33,462 bases of DNA, taken from the IMG/VR virus record IMGVR_UViG_638341087_000016; one strand, written 5' to 3'. The stretch's first letter is position 1. Each line of letters begins with the position of its first letter. Both the position numbers and the translations under genes were made by a program. Shown piece after piece: positions 1 to 9,182 of the stretch. The DNA comes from a virus. Taxonomy: Duplodnaviria > Heunggongvirae > Uroviricota > Caudoviricetes. The notes under the pieces are model-generated. The model was given only the letters and a program-made list of their open reading frames with translations. It had not been told where the DNA came from and made no database searches.

Positions 1-966
1 ATGAAGCTATACATCATCGGGAATGGGTTTGATCTGCATCACGAACTTGACACGAGCTATTTCTCATTTGGGGATTATCTTCGGAAGAAAGACCAAGACA
101 TTTACGATCACTTGGTTGATTTTATGGGATTTACTGACTTACCCCCTAAACTTTCCGCAGTTGATAAGTCAAAACATTTTCTTTGGTCTGATTTCGAAAA
201 CAGCTTAGCGGGTCTGGATACAGAGTCAGTGCTCGAAGAGTTTTGCTATCTTTTACCCCAAATTAGCAGCCCTGATTTTCGTGACAAGGACTGGGGCTCA
301 TTAAGCATTGAAATGGAACGTATACTAAAAAATTTAACCGAAGGGCTTTTAACACAATTCAAGTCATTTATATTGCAGGTTAACTACCCCGAACTTAATT
401 TAAATAAAAGATTGCGTATCGATTCTGACTCTATCTTTATCAGTTTTAATTATACTGAGACTCTTCAGAAATACTATGGTATTGATGATAGACAAATTTT
501 ATATATCCATGGAAAAGCATCATCAGATCAACAGTTGATTTTAGGTCATGGTATTGACCCTATCAACTTTGAAGAAAAGGAAGCAGTCCCGCCCGAAAAT
601 GCAACCGATGAAGAACTTGAAGAGTGGCGTCAGTGTATGGCTGATAATTACGATCACTCTTATGAAATGGGAAAGCAGACTATTAATAAATACTTCACTT
701 GTTCTTTTAAGAATACTGAAAAAGTCATTGCTGACAGCGCTAAATTTTTTAAAAATCTCAGCAACGTAGACGAAATCATCATCATCGGCCATTCGTTATC
801 ATCTGTAGATGTTCCCTACTTTTCTTTTATACATAGCATTGTTAGTGAAAATACGGAATGGATAGCCACCTATTATCAGGAAACTGAGCGTGAAGCACAT
901 CATACAACATTATGTGAGATTGGCATTAAATCTCCCAAACTGATTTCAGTAAGTAAACTTCTATAA
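1..966 (+). CDS. AbiH-like abortive infection protein
   Basis: 321-aa ORF beginning MKLYIIGNGFDLHHEL, the N-terminal signature I associate with the AbiH family; AT-rich relative to the phage core. Confidence 0.55.
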   Translation: MKLYIIGNGFDLHHELDTSYFSFGDYLRKKDQDIYDHLVDFMGFTDLPPKLSAVDKSKHFLWSDFENSLAGLDTESVLEEFCYLLPQISSPDFRDKDWGSLSIEMERILKNLTEGLLTQFKSFILQVNYPELNLNKRLRIDSDSIFISFNYTETLQKYYGIDDRQILYIHGKASSDQQLILGHGIDPINFEEKEAVPPENATDEELEEWRQCMADNYDHSYEMGKQTINKYFTCSFKNTEKVIADSAKFFKNLSNVDEIIIIGHSLSSVDVPYFSFIHSIVSENTEWIATYYQETEREAHHTTLCEIGIKSPKLISVSKLL

Positions 967-1550
967 ATAGAACAAAATATCACCCAGAGGGCGGGGGTTT
1001 TTATACGTTCCCCTCCCCCTTAGCTAGAGATCCTTTTATCAAAACTTCGTGCATCATTTTGCAAAACCCAAATCAAAGCAAACTAGCCGCCAGCCCTCAC
1101 CGCACAAGGCTTCACGATATCCGCCCCCGAAAACCATCGGATACCACCTAATCATTTTGATCGTCACGGAAACCAAAACGATCCTTTTAAAAACATCATG
1201 TTATCCAGTCAGTTAGTAGCTGGCGGCGCGATGACTTTTGCAAAGTGCTGCAAATCTTTGCGCAGAGTGCAACGCCCGCAGGATGCAAAAGCCCAGCAGC
1301 GGCGCAGGCTGGCGGGGTGCTTTGCACAAAATTTCTTTTGCAAAATTTTTATGATCCAAACTGCGCAGGCGGGTGCGGTGTAGCGCCGTTTCCGTCCTGG
1401 ATCCGCTTCCGTTTGCCTGCTGTCGCTTACGCTGTGGGCCGCTGTTGAACGAACGAAAGAAAGGCCGCACGGTGGCGACCTTTAATCTTTGCGCCTGCTG
1501 TGGCGCGTTCTGTGGTGTCTGGTGAGGTGTGCGGTTATGCCGCTTTTTTG

Positions 1551-3275
1551 TCAGGCTATCAGGGGGCCGTATTTGCTTTTCAATGTGCCGGTTTTATTGG
1601 CCGTTGCGGTGAACTGCGCCGCCTGCCCACTGGCCCCCGTATTGGGGTGAGTATGTGATGCGGCAGTCTCTGCCAGCTCCCTCACCACGTCCAGGGTGTC
1701 GGTGAGCAGTGTCAGGACGTTAATCTCTTCGCTTCCCAGCTTTACCACCGGGGCAATCAGTTGTTGCGCCTGGGCCACACTTCGGCGAATGCCGCTGATT
1801 TTTTCAGTCAGTGCGCCGCTGACGTTTGACGTGACATCCCCTTTCACGTCGTCTGTAACATTGCCCGCGACATCCCGTTTCACGTTCCGGCCAACACTGA
1901 CGGAATTGTCCTTGCTGCAGGTTACTGTCAGGTTGCCGGATGTGCCGACGCTGTAATCCCCCTCGCTGATATGAACGACCGCCCCGGCCAGAAGTGTGGC
2001 CGTGCCAAGCACGGTTGTTTTATCTGTTGCCTGGACCGTAGTTTCACGGGCAACCACTTTGCGGATCTCTTCGTCGGTGGTGACTTCGCGAGTCATGGAG
2101 TTTTCGCGGATTGTCTGATCCGTCTGGCGTTCCCAGTCTCCGGCAACCGTCACGCGCTGCGATACACCATCGCGCTGTTGCTGCAACTGCTCACCGGGTT
2201 TAACCGCTGGCAGGTTATGACCCTCCGCCATAATCTGACGCACAAAGGGCTTATCCTGCCGCCCCTCAGTGAACCCAACTTCAACCAGCGTGCCAGGGGG
2301 CGGAAACTGAAACATTCCTGACTCGCTGCCCGCCATTGGCACAGGTAGTGGAACGGCAGAATAGATCGGCGTATTTGCGGCTGGCTTGCCGTCTTCGTCA
2401 AGCAGCTGGAGATCCACGGCATAGCGTGGGCGGAATGGATCGGCAATATCCCCCCCTGAAACATCCTCGCTTGGCGCTTCCACCCTAGCGAATCTTGGAA
2501 GATGCAGGCCGCTTGCCAGCTCCGGGAATGCGTTTTCAATCTGCCGCTGAATGGGTGATTTTTGCAATGGCTGGCCGTTGGCTTTGTTGCGGGGCTGCCA
2601 GGTAATTGCCATGTCATCGTTATTTAGCCGGACCTGGTTCAGCCGCTGGCCGTTTACCTCCGCACCCGGGCGCAGGCTCTGAATCATTGGCACAACCATT
2701 GAATTTCCGCCTGCCGATTCCTGGCTAAATTCGTGCGGGATCTCCACTGGTTTTCCCGCAAAAAGACTATGCTCCGCAGCGCCGACGAAGACATCCCCGT
2801 CCGGCAACTGATACCAAAGATAATCCGTCACTGAAAATGCACGGCCCAGACTGGCAAAAAGCTGATAGCCCGTGCCGCTGTGCGTAAAGTGGGGGATCGG
2901 TTTATCTGCATAAGCAGCGCCGACCGGCGTTGTGACGGTCAGCCCGCTTTGCTCACTTATCCAGTCAGTAATCTGGCGCAACGTTGGATGCTGGAAAGAA
3001 CACGGCCACAATTTATCAAAGATGCCGACCAGCTCACGCACGAACAACCGGCATGTTCCATTATCAGCAGGCTGTGACCGTTCGACGTACCCGGTAAACC
3101 AGCGCAGGACCAGACCATCATAACCAACATCGATACGCACCATTTTGCCGGTGTAATCTGTCTCTGTCCCTGCCGTAATAAACCCCCGACCGCACGCGTT
3201 CAGCTCCAGCACGATATTGCAGTCAATCAGATGGACCGGATCAGAGGAAAGGTACAGGCGTTTAATTGGTTTCAT
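1551..3275 (-). CDS. D: Late control gene D-like baseplate hub protein with a C-terminal spike-like extension
   Basis: 574 aa; N-terminal region has the gpD-type VGYDG...FTGYVE pattern; C-terminal region has short repeats and an SHTHPNTG motif resembling spike apex HxH motifs; ATG start and TGA stop verified. Confidence 0.65.
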   Translation of the reverse strand: MKPIKRLYLSSDPVHLIDCNIVLELNACGRGFITAGTETDYTGKMVRIDVGYDGLVLRWFTGYVERSQPADNGTCRLFVRELVGIFDKLWPCSFQHPTLRQITDWISEQSGLTVTTPVGAAYADKPIPHFTHSGTGYQLFASLGRAFSVTDYLWYQLPDGDVFVGAAEHSLFAGKPVEIPHEFSQESAGGNSMVVPMIQSLRPGAEVNGQRLNQVRLNNDDMAITWQPRNKANGQPLQKSPIQRQIENAFPELASGLHLPRFARVEAPSEDVSGGDIADPFRPRYAVDLQLLDEDGKPAANTPIYSAVPLPVPMAGSESGMFQFPPPGTLVEVGFTEGRQDKPFVRQIMAEGHNLPAVKPGEQLQQQRDGVSQRVTVAGDWERQTDQTIRENSMTREVTTDEEIRKVVARETTVQATDKTTVLGTATLLAGAVVHISEGDYSVGTSGNLTVTCSKDNSVSVGRNVKRDVAGNVTDDVKGDVTSNVSGALTEKISGIRRSVAQAQQLIAPVVKLGSEEINVLTLLTDTLDVVRELAETAASHTHPNTGASGQAAQFTATANKTGTLKSKYGPLIA

Positions 3276-3282
3276 CGTTTAA

Positions 3283-3825
3283 TTACCCCAGCGCATCGTT
3301 GACCGGCTTTAAGACCTTTTCTTCAAACCAGCTCATTTTGTCGGCTGGCTCATCAGCTCCGGCAGCCGGACCCGCGCCCTTTGCCCCTGTTTGCTTGGTG
3401 CTGGCCGTCGCGTTGCCTTTTCGGGCCTGTCGTTTTTCCGGGACGCTGCCTTTTTCACGCAGGGTGAAACTTACCTGCCAGGCAAGGCGATCCTCCTGCG
3501 GTACGGCATCAATCTGACCGGTAAACGTGGCTTCACGAAGGTTGATAGCCGTCGCCGTCGCATTGGCGACGCGGTACTTTTTCAGTGCGCCGCTGGCTTC
3601 GGTCGCGGATGCCAGCTGGAAAAGCCGCTGTAAGACGGCTTCGTCGTCGAATGTCACCAGACCCGATACGCGCAGCTCTTTGGCCTTGATACCCTGTTCA
3701 GCATTGGCCGTGCTCGATGTCTGGCCCGACTGGTCCTTTTCCTGAAACTGCATGGAAGGTGAAACCAGCATGTTCTGCATGGCGATCCCTTCACCATCAA
3801 GCGCGAGTAATGCGGTCTGGCTCAT
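3283..3825 (-). CDS. Hypothetical phage tail/baseplate-associated protein
   Basis: 180-aa ORF in the tail operon, GC-rich like the phage core, Ala/Gly/Thr-rich; overlaps the upstream gene by 29 nt unless an internal Met is used. Confidence 0.4.
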   Translation of the reverse strand: MSQTALLALDGEGIAMQNMLVSPSMQFQEKDQSGQTSSTANAEQGIKAKELRVSGLVTFDDEAVLQRLFQLASATEASGALKKYRVANATATAINLREATFTGQIDAVPQEDRLAWQVSFTLREKGSVPEKRQARKGNATASTKQTGAKGAGPAAGADEPADKMSWFEEKVLKPVNDALG

Positions 3826-4531
3826 GTAGCATCTTCCCTAAGTCAGATAACGAATCCCCGATAAACATCATCGCGGCGGTATGCACTGCCGTTGTTTGCG
3901 GGATGCCTTTCAGCAATTCTGCGGCAGCAACGGCATAACTCCCGCTGTAACTGAATGCAAAAATATTCGCACTGGCGGCTTTCAGGTCGTCCAGTCCCTG
4001 GCTGAGCGAGGACAGCAAACCGGCCCGTTCCTGAATAAATCCCGTCACCTGGTTTTTTAGATCTGTTGTGGTGGTACTGACTGCGGCGGCCAGCTGCGCG
4101 GCGGCAACACGCTGGGCATTCAGCGCCAGCCGGTTGGTTGAGACTGATAACGGCGCACTGGCTGGCAATACATCGGCTTTAACCGGCAACTGCATTTTTA
4201 CCGTGCTGAGTTCTGCGGCGGCTGCGGCCATACGGCTTACCTGCGTAAATACCGGGGCCGGAAATACGGTGGACAGTTTATTCAGTCCCTGCATAAAAGC
4301 ATCGTGGGTATTCTCCGCCACCATCATGACGATGACATCACCGCTACCGCTACCGCTACCGCCACCGGATAACAGCTTTTTAGCAAGGTATCCCAGCGCA
4401 TTGGCCGGACTGAGATAACCGCCTGAATCGGTGTTCTGTCCCAGACCGTAAACCCAGGGATGCGCTGGCACAATTGAACAGGCCAGCGCCCCCATATCAT
4501 CAGCAATCTTTATAACCGACTCACGCCACAT
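3797..4531 (-). CDS. Hypothetical phage protein with a Gly/Ser linker
   Basis: ORF in the tail operon; start moved to the ATG at 4529-4531, which has a GGAGG about 9 nt upstream; contains SGGGSGSGSGD. Confidence 0.4.
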   Translation of the reverse strand: MWRESVIKIADDMGALACSIVPAHPWVYGLGQNTDSGGYLSPANALGYLAKKLLSGGGSGSGSGDVIVMMVAENTHDAFMQGLNKLSTVFPAPVFTQVSRMAAAAAELSTVKMQLPVKADVLPASAPLSVSTNRLALNAQRVAAAQLAAAVSTTTTDLKNQVTGFIQERAGLLSSLSQGLDDLKAASANIFAFSYSGSYAVAAAELLKGIPQTTAVHTAAMMFIGDSLSDLGKMLHEPDRITRA

Positions 4532-5108
4532 CGCCCGGAACCTCCGGCCAGTCAATATCTGGCGCATCTTCTGGCTTAATACGATTAATCAAAACCCTGT
4601 ATTTTTTCCACGCCAGCAAAAGCGCTGTTTCCTCTTCCGTTGCAATATCCAGATCAACAGCATCCTGTAATGGGGCAATTTTTGATGCAGCCAGCGCCAG
4701 AAGACTGTCTTTTTGCTGTGTAGCCTGTGTAATCTGTGCCGTTTTTTCTGCGTCAGCATCATGCACCCATTTTTTACCATTCCATTTAACAAAATGGCCT
4801 TCCGGCGCAACGGAAACAACGTCGTCAGGTAACTGACCTAATTCATCAATCGTGATGGATTTCCCGGTGAGAATGTCGTAAACAATTTTCCCGCGATGGT
4901 CTTCAACAAGTGACCATTTTTCTGACGCAGAATTAAATACAGCGACAAAACCGGCTTTCATCGGCGGTGGCGCAATATTGGTACTGTTAGCAGGCAAACC
5001 GGTATTAGCAGGGATAAACCCATCACTTTTCCCGATAAATTCATTTGTATCAGCACGCAGGTTATAGATGGTAATTGTCCGGTTTTCTCCGGTCATTTCA
5101 AAAGTCAT
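4521..5108 (-). CDS. Tail fibre assembly protein (Tfa / gpG-like)
   Basis: 195 aa beginning [48 protein letters not shown], a typical Tfa N-terminus; directly downstream of the fibre gene. Confidence 0.8.
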   Translation of the reverse strand: MTFEMTGENRTITIYNLRADTNEFIGKSDGFIPANTGLPANSTNIAPPPMKAGFVAVFNSASEKWSLVEDHRGKIVYDILTGKSITIDELGQLPDDVVSVAPEGHFVKWNGKKWVHDADAEKTAQITQATQQKDSLLALAASKIAPLQDAVDLDIATEEETALLLAWKKYRVLINRIKPEDAPDIDWPEVPGDVA

Positions 5109-7072
5109 CAGGCAAGCCTCACAATGTAGTTAAACGCAATATTTTTAACGGTATTTTCCGCATTTCCTGCGGCATGAACGGTCGCTGTATGTCCGTGATA
5201 GCCCATAACCACATAATGGTTATGCGCACCAATACCCACCCAGTGATCATGAGGGCCGATCCATGTCACATGAGCATGATTACCGCTTCCCTCAATGCGA
5301 TCTCCCGCCGCCCATGAAACATTAGACGAATGCATCCCCAGCCCCTGACCGGGGGTATCCCGGTATGCAGACGTTGCGCAATAACGAAAGTTATGTGCGT
5401 GCCACCCACCCTCAGTGGAGGATTTATTGCCGTAGTCAAAACTGGTTGTTGGTTTTGAACCATAATCAAAAGAGCTGGTGTATTTCGTCCCCAAATCGGT
5501 ATCGGAAATACTGGCTCCGTGGGTATGCGATATAACACCATCCTGTTCATACGAGAGTACCGCGCGACCGTTCGGTTTACCCTTAATCGTCTGGCCTCGC
5601 ATGTCCGGGATAATCCCCGCAGGATAGGCAATCGCTAGCAATGGATAGACCGCTTTATCAAAGGGCTGCCCCTGCATTAAGGCGTACCCTGTCGGGGTAA
5701 CATCCGATGGCCAGGGGATAGGTGCGCCGACAGGGTAAGAATCTTCTGGCATCCACGGCGTCCATGCCAGCGTTGAATACTTGCTGCGCGAATAACTGCG
5801 CGAGCTGTTGTACACACGATAAACCTGAGTGACTCCGGCACCTCTCAGTACCATCAGAGAACCCGCGCTATTCTCCGGGTAATTCATTGCTGCACTGGTA
5901 TTGTTGTTCGCTTCCTGAAAATAAAGCCCCGGTACCTGGTAATCATCCAGATTCTTATTTGCACCAATCGCTATAACCTGGCCGTCAAAAATATCCCGTG
6001 AAGTGACATTGATATCTCCATTCAGGGCATGGCCGTTCACTTTTCGTGATGCCGGAACGCGGCCATTTGCATTCTCATTCACCGCTTTTAATGCTTTTGG
6101 CGTGACGGCCATCGCTTCGGAATCACTGTTCGTTTCACTGCTTAACCGCACAAAACCCTTTTCACTGGTTGATGCATCAGGGTGATTTCGGGATTGTTCA
6201 TGCTTTTTCAGCGCATCGCTGGCCGCCTGGTCATTTAGCGTGCCTTTCGGGCGCAGGTCAGTGATATTTCCGGCAGCATCAATACTCGCCACCGCAAAGA
6301 CATAATGCTGCACACCGCCCAGCACATAATCGGCAAGATCTGCAGCAACAGTAATTTTGCTCTGTACAGCCCATTCGCTTGTTAACGTCCCGGTCCAGCT
6401 CACATCAAGCCAGATTTTTGTCGGTTTCGCGGATACTGTGATATTGAAGTTTGCGGGCAATTCGGCACGCAATCCGGCGACATATCCCGCCCCCTTTGTG
6501 ACAAAAAACTGATTGCCGGACTTTGCGACCAGATAGCCCGAATCAAAAAATGCCGCTGCGCCATACAGATCGATATTTTCCCGGCGCTGGCGTTCATCCA
6601 TTCCCACCAGTCGGGCAGTAAAATCAATCTGCCATGTCTCTGCCGGAGTGTTAATTTCGGTCGCTTCCCTGGCTCCGCTGTATTCCATCAGCATGGAACG
6701 AACAAGAACGTTTCCCTGCTGACCGTCTGCGTTTTTAATTTTTCGTTGGGTCGGGGCGTGAATAATCATCGCCAGTGTACCCGTTGCCTTATTTGCCAGC
6801 CCGATCCAGTTGAAATCAAAATCGCCCACATCCGCCCCCAGGGTAACGGAATAAACGACAGAGTTTTCATTCACAACACCGGCTTTATTCACCGCCTGAC
6901 GACAAACTATTTTATCTTCCGCTGGCGTTGTTTCAGTATTATTAATCGGCTTGTCAGCATCCAGCCCCGGAATATAAGCAAAAATAAACTCATCCAGCGT
7001 GACGGGCTGGTTATTAATTGCCTGCTGGGCTTTCCACTCTGCAAATGCTTTTGTAATGACGGCCTGTGACAT
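5108..7072 (-). CDS. Tail fibre protein (gpH-like N-terminus, His-rich C-terminal tip)
   Basis: 654 aa; conserved N-terminus and a C-terminal region with [30 protein letters not shown] histidine motifs typical of distal fibre tips. Confidence 0.8.
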   Translation of the reverse strand: MSQAVITKAFAEWKAQQAINNQPVTLDEFIFAYIPGLDADKPINNTETTPAEDKIVCRQAVNKAGVVNENSVVYSVTLGADVGDFDFNWIGLANKATGTLAMIIHAPTQRKIKNADGQQGNVLVRSMLMEYSGAREATEINTPAETWQIDFTARLVGMDERQRRENIDLYGAAAFFDSGYLVAKSGNQFFVTKGAGYVAGLRAELPANFNITVSAKPTKIWLDVSWTGTLTSEWAVQSKITVAADLADYVLGGVQHYVFAVASIDAAGNITDLRPKGTLNDQAASDALKKHEQSRNHPDASTSEKGFVRLSSETNSDSEAMAVTPKALKAVNENANGRVPASRKVNGHALNGDINVTSRDIFDGQVIAIGANKNLDDYQVPGLYFQEANNNTSAAMNYPENSAGSLMVLRGAGVTQVYRVYNSSRSYSRSKYSTLAWTPWMPEDSYPVGAPIPWPSDVTPTGYALMQGQPFDKAVYPLLAIAYPAGIIPDMRGQTIKGKPNGRAVLSYEQDGVISHTHGASISDTDLGTKYTSSFDYGSKPTTSFDYGNKSSTEGGWHAHNFRYCATSAYRDTPGQGLGMHSSNVSWAAGDRIEGSGNHAHVTWIGPHDHWVGIGAHNHYVVMGYHGHTATVHAAGNAENTVKNIAFNYIVRLA

Positions 7073-7083
7073 TAATATTCCCT

Positions 7084-7683
7084 CTACTTCAAACTTGCGC
7101 TATATGTTGCTTCTGACTGGTTATTCACATCGCCCAGGGTGGCAGGCCAGCAAATATATTCCCCCTGATACCAGCCAATATTGATATTCAGTGGCAGGGT
7201 GTCGATTACTTCAAACTGGTAACGGCGGCATGTGCGCCCATATTTGCGAATGATTTCCAGCAGGAGATCGCCATTTTCCGCAACCTGGCTGCTTGTCACT
7301 CGAACGACAATCACGTCCCAGTCGAGTCCGTCCTGCCGTTCCAGTAATTCAACGTAACCAATCCCCAGTCGCTCAAAAATGGCAATAAAGCCCGCCACCT
7401 CTCCGGCCTGCTGCGCATTGATAAATGCGTAACTCACCCGCTTGCGGAAGATGTCGAGCGGCTCCCCCTTAAACCGATCGATGTCGCGCTCCCAGGCAAT
7501 CAGGTTCAACAGCGGCTCAGGGCAAACCAGCGGGTCAAACTGCTTTAACGGCCAGGTGATCCACCCGTACACCTGCGACCAGAACTTCACGCTGCCACGC
7601 AACAGCCTGGCGGGGTCGCCTTTGTTCAGCCACGACGGCAATTTCAGACCGGAAAGCAACTTCGAAAACTCAGTCATTTTCAA
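7084..7683 (-). CDS. Tail protein I-like (Mu gp48 / DUF2313-type)
   Basis: 199-aa ORF between the baseplate J-like gene and the fibre gene, the conserved position of this family. Confidence 0.6.
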   Translation of the reverse strand: MKMTEFSKLLSGLKLPSWLNKGDPARLLRGSVKFWSQVYGWITWPLKQFDPLVCPEPLLNLIAWERDIDRFKGEPLDIFRKRVSYAFINAQQAGEVAGFIAIFERLGIGYVELLERQDGLDWDVIVVRVTSSQVAENGDLLLEIIRKYGRTCRRYQFEVIDTLPLNINIGWYQGEYICWPATLGDVNNQSEATYSASLK

Positions 7684-8854
7684 TCTCCACCGTTAACCCT
7701 GACAGGCGCGGGACCGACAGTTCGCTGACAATATCCGTTAGTGAAAAATGCAGTGAATCGACAACCGGAAAAGCCTTGTGGATCTCGCGGCCCAGATTCG
7801 AAAAGGAATAGCGCGAATAGGGCTGCGTCTTTTTAACGTCGTAATTGGCGTTCTCGCGAAACGCGCAACGAATCAGGTCGGTAATACCGGTTTTTAACGC
7901 GCTCAGGTCTTCCGCTTCCATGTTTTCCACGCTTTTGACATAGACAGTAACCGCCAGGGTGTGACTGGTTTCCGGCATGGCATAACACTGCAGATCATCA
8001 CCGTGTCCGTGGTGGCCCTGGGTATTCACATAATCGTTAACCGCATCAATAAAGGGCTGTGATATTTCGCCGCTGTCCAGTAACAGATAAGCATTTGCCG
8101 TACCCGGCCCACGCGGGGCATCGTGCAAAAAGTAGATGCGATCAATGCTCAGGCCCAGCACGCTGGCAATCATGCTGCGGTAGATAGCGTCAGAGTGGTA
8201 ATTCCCCACCAGATTAAACTGGTTGCGGGTGCGGTCGCGCAGCTCGTCGTCGCTTTCCTCGTTAGCCCCTGGCGTAATCAGCCATTCGTCCTCATTGACC
8301 GCGCTGGCGATTCCAGCTACTGCAACAGGTAAGATCCGGTAATAGCCTGGCGCAAGGTTATAGCCGCTGCCGGTGCCGGTCGCCGTGACGGGAACCAGCC
8401 CGCTTTCAACCCCGGCAGGCAGTGTCACGTCTTCATTCACGGCCAGCACGTAAACCACGCCGTTAATGCGCTCTGTTTGCACCAGTGTTCCGGCAGGCAC
8501 GACGACCACATCCGCCGCATTCAGCTTGAAGAATCGCAGCACGCCAGCGGCAGCACTGGCCGGTTTAGGCTCGATATGAACCGCCCAGGCCAGCAGGCGC
8601 AGCATGGGACCGGTGGCAGTCGCAACAAACATATTGCGCAGAACCACATCGATCAGCGCCGCACGCAGCCATAACACCGGCGTGGTGACAATCTTCGAAA
8701 TCAGCCGCCAGAAAGGTGACATTCTCGACGTGTTTGTGACGAACCCTTCCGCCTGCACGGTGGCTTTAAATGCCGCCGTAATTTCGGCCTCTGTCGCGGG
8801 CATCCCGCTGTCATTCAGTACCTTTTCGAAATCAACGTCGGGTTTCTCAGTCAT
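7670..8854 (-). CDS. Baseplate J-like protein
   Basis: 394-aa ORF with a baseplate J-like sequence character; overlaps neighbours on both sides. Confidence 0.75.
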   Translation of the reverse strand: MTEKPDVDFEKVLNDSGMPATEAEITAAFKATVQAEGFVTNTSRMSPFWRLISKIVTTPVLWLRAALIDVVLRNMFVATATGPMLRLLAWAVHIEPKPASAAAGVLRFFKLNAADVVVVPAGTLVQTERINGVVYVLAVNEDVTLPAGVESGLVPVTATGTGSGYNLAPGYYRILPVAVAGIASAVNEDEWLITPGANEESDDELRDRTRNQFNLVGNYHSDAIYRSMIASVLGLSIDRIYFLHDAPRGPGTANAYLLLDSGEISQPFIDAVNDYVNTQGHHGHGDDLQCYAMPETSHTLAVTVYVKSVENMEAEDLSALKTGITDLIRCAFRENANYDVKKTQPYSRYSFSNLGREIHKAFPVVDSLHFSLTDIVSELSVPRLSGLTVEIEND

Positions 8855-9182
8855 AGTTAACCTCTGTACTGACAGGGCCGAAATCGTAGGTTTCCGCCGT
8901 GATATACAACCTCGAAAGGGTTTCTTCGGTGATCACTATGGTTCCTGGGACCAGACGTTCGTCGCTTTCCACCAGTAAGGACAGTTGCGTCAGCACGTCA
9001 CCGCGCATTGTCGGGCTGCGTTCACCGATCAGGCGGGTGGTGATACCGCTTTCCAGAATGCTGTGAATAATGTCCTGGGTGATGCTGTCGCGGTTATCGC
9101 AACGGCGCGGCTCGTTGCCGCTGTCCAGCGTGAAATCGCCGTCAGTGATCAAAAGGTCGATGTATAACGGTTCGGTACTCAT
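8847..9182 (-). CDS. Small baseplate protein (gpW/gp25-like or Mu gp46-like)
   Basis: 111-aa ORF immediately upstream of the J-like gene with start/stop overlaps. Confidence 0.5.
   Translation of the reverse strand: MSTEPLYIDLLITDGDFTLDSGNEPRRCDNRDSITQDIIHSILESGITTRLIGERSPTMRGDVLTQLSLLVESDERLVPGTIVITEETLSRLYITAETYDFGPVSTEVNYD

Noticed and set aside
1198-1470. Three overlapping short ORFs (1198-1383, 1213-1470, 1245-1448) in the region between the AbiH-like gene and gene D
   Set aside because: Mutually overlapping in different frames, low-complexity Ala/Arg/Gln-rich translations, no Cys zinc-finger pattern that would suggest a displaced ogr; treated as non-coding.
967-1550. Looked for cyaR and the second att core here, since P2 places ogr and att directly after gene D
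   Set aside because: No copy of CCCTTACACGGGCTTATTTTTT or cyaR-like sequence is present; the other prophage end must lie beyond the left edge of the window.
4341-4368. Short tandem codon repeat ccgctaccgctaccgctaccgccaccgg
   Set aside because: It encodes the Gly/Ser linker of the 3797-4531 protein; a low-complexity coding repeat, not a CRISPR array or regulatory repeat.
3797-4567. Longer 256-aa form of the Gly/Ser-linker protein starting at 4567
   Set aside because: The ATG at 4529-4531 has a GGAGG about 9 nt upstream and reduces overlap with the Tfa gene; the longer start has no ribosome-binding site.
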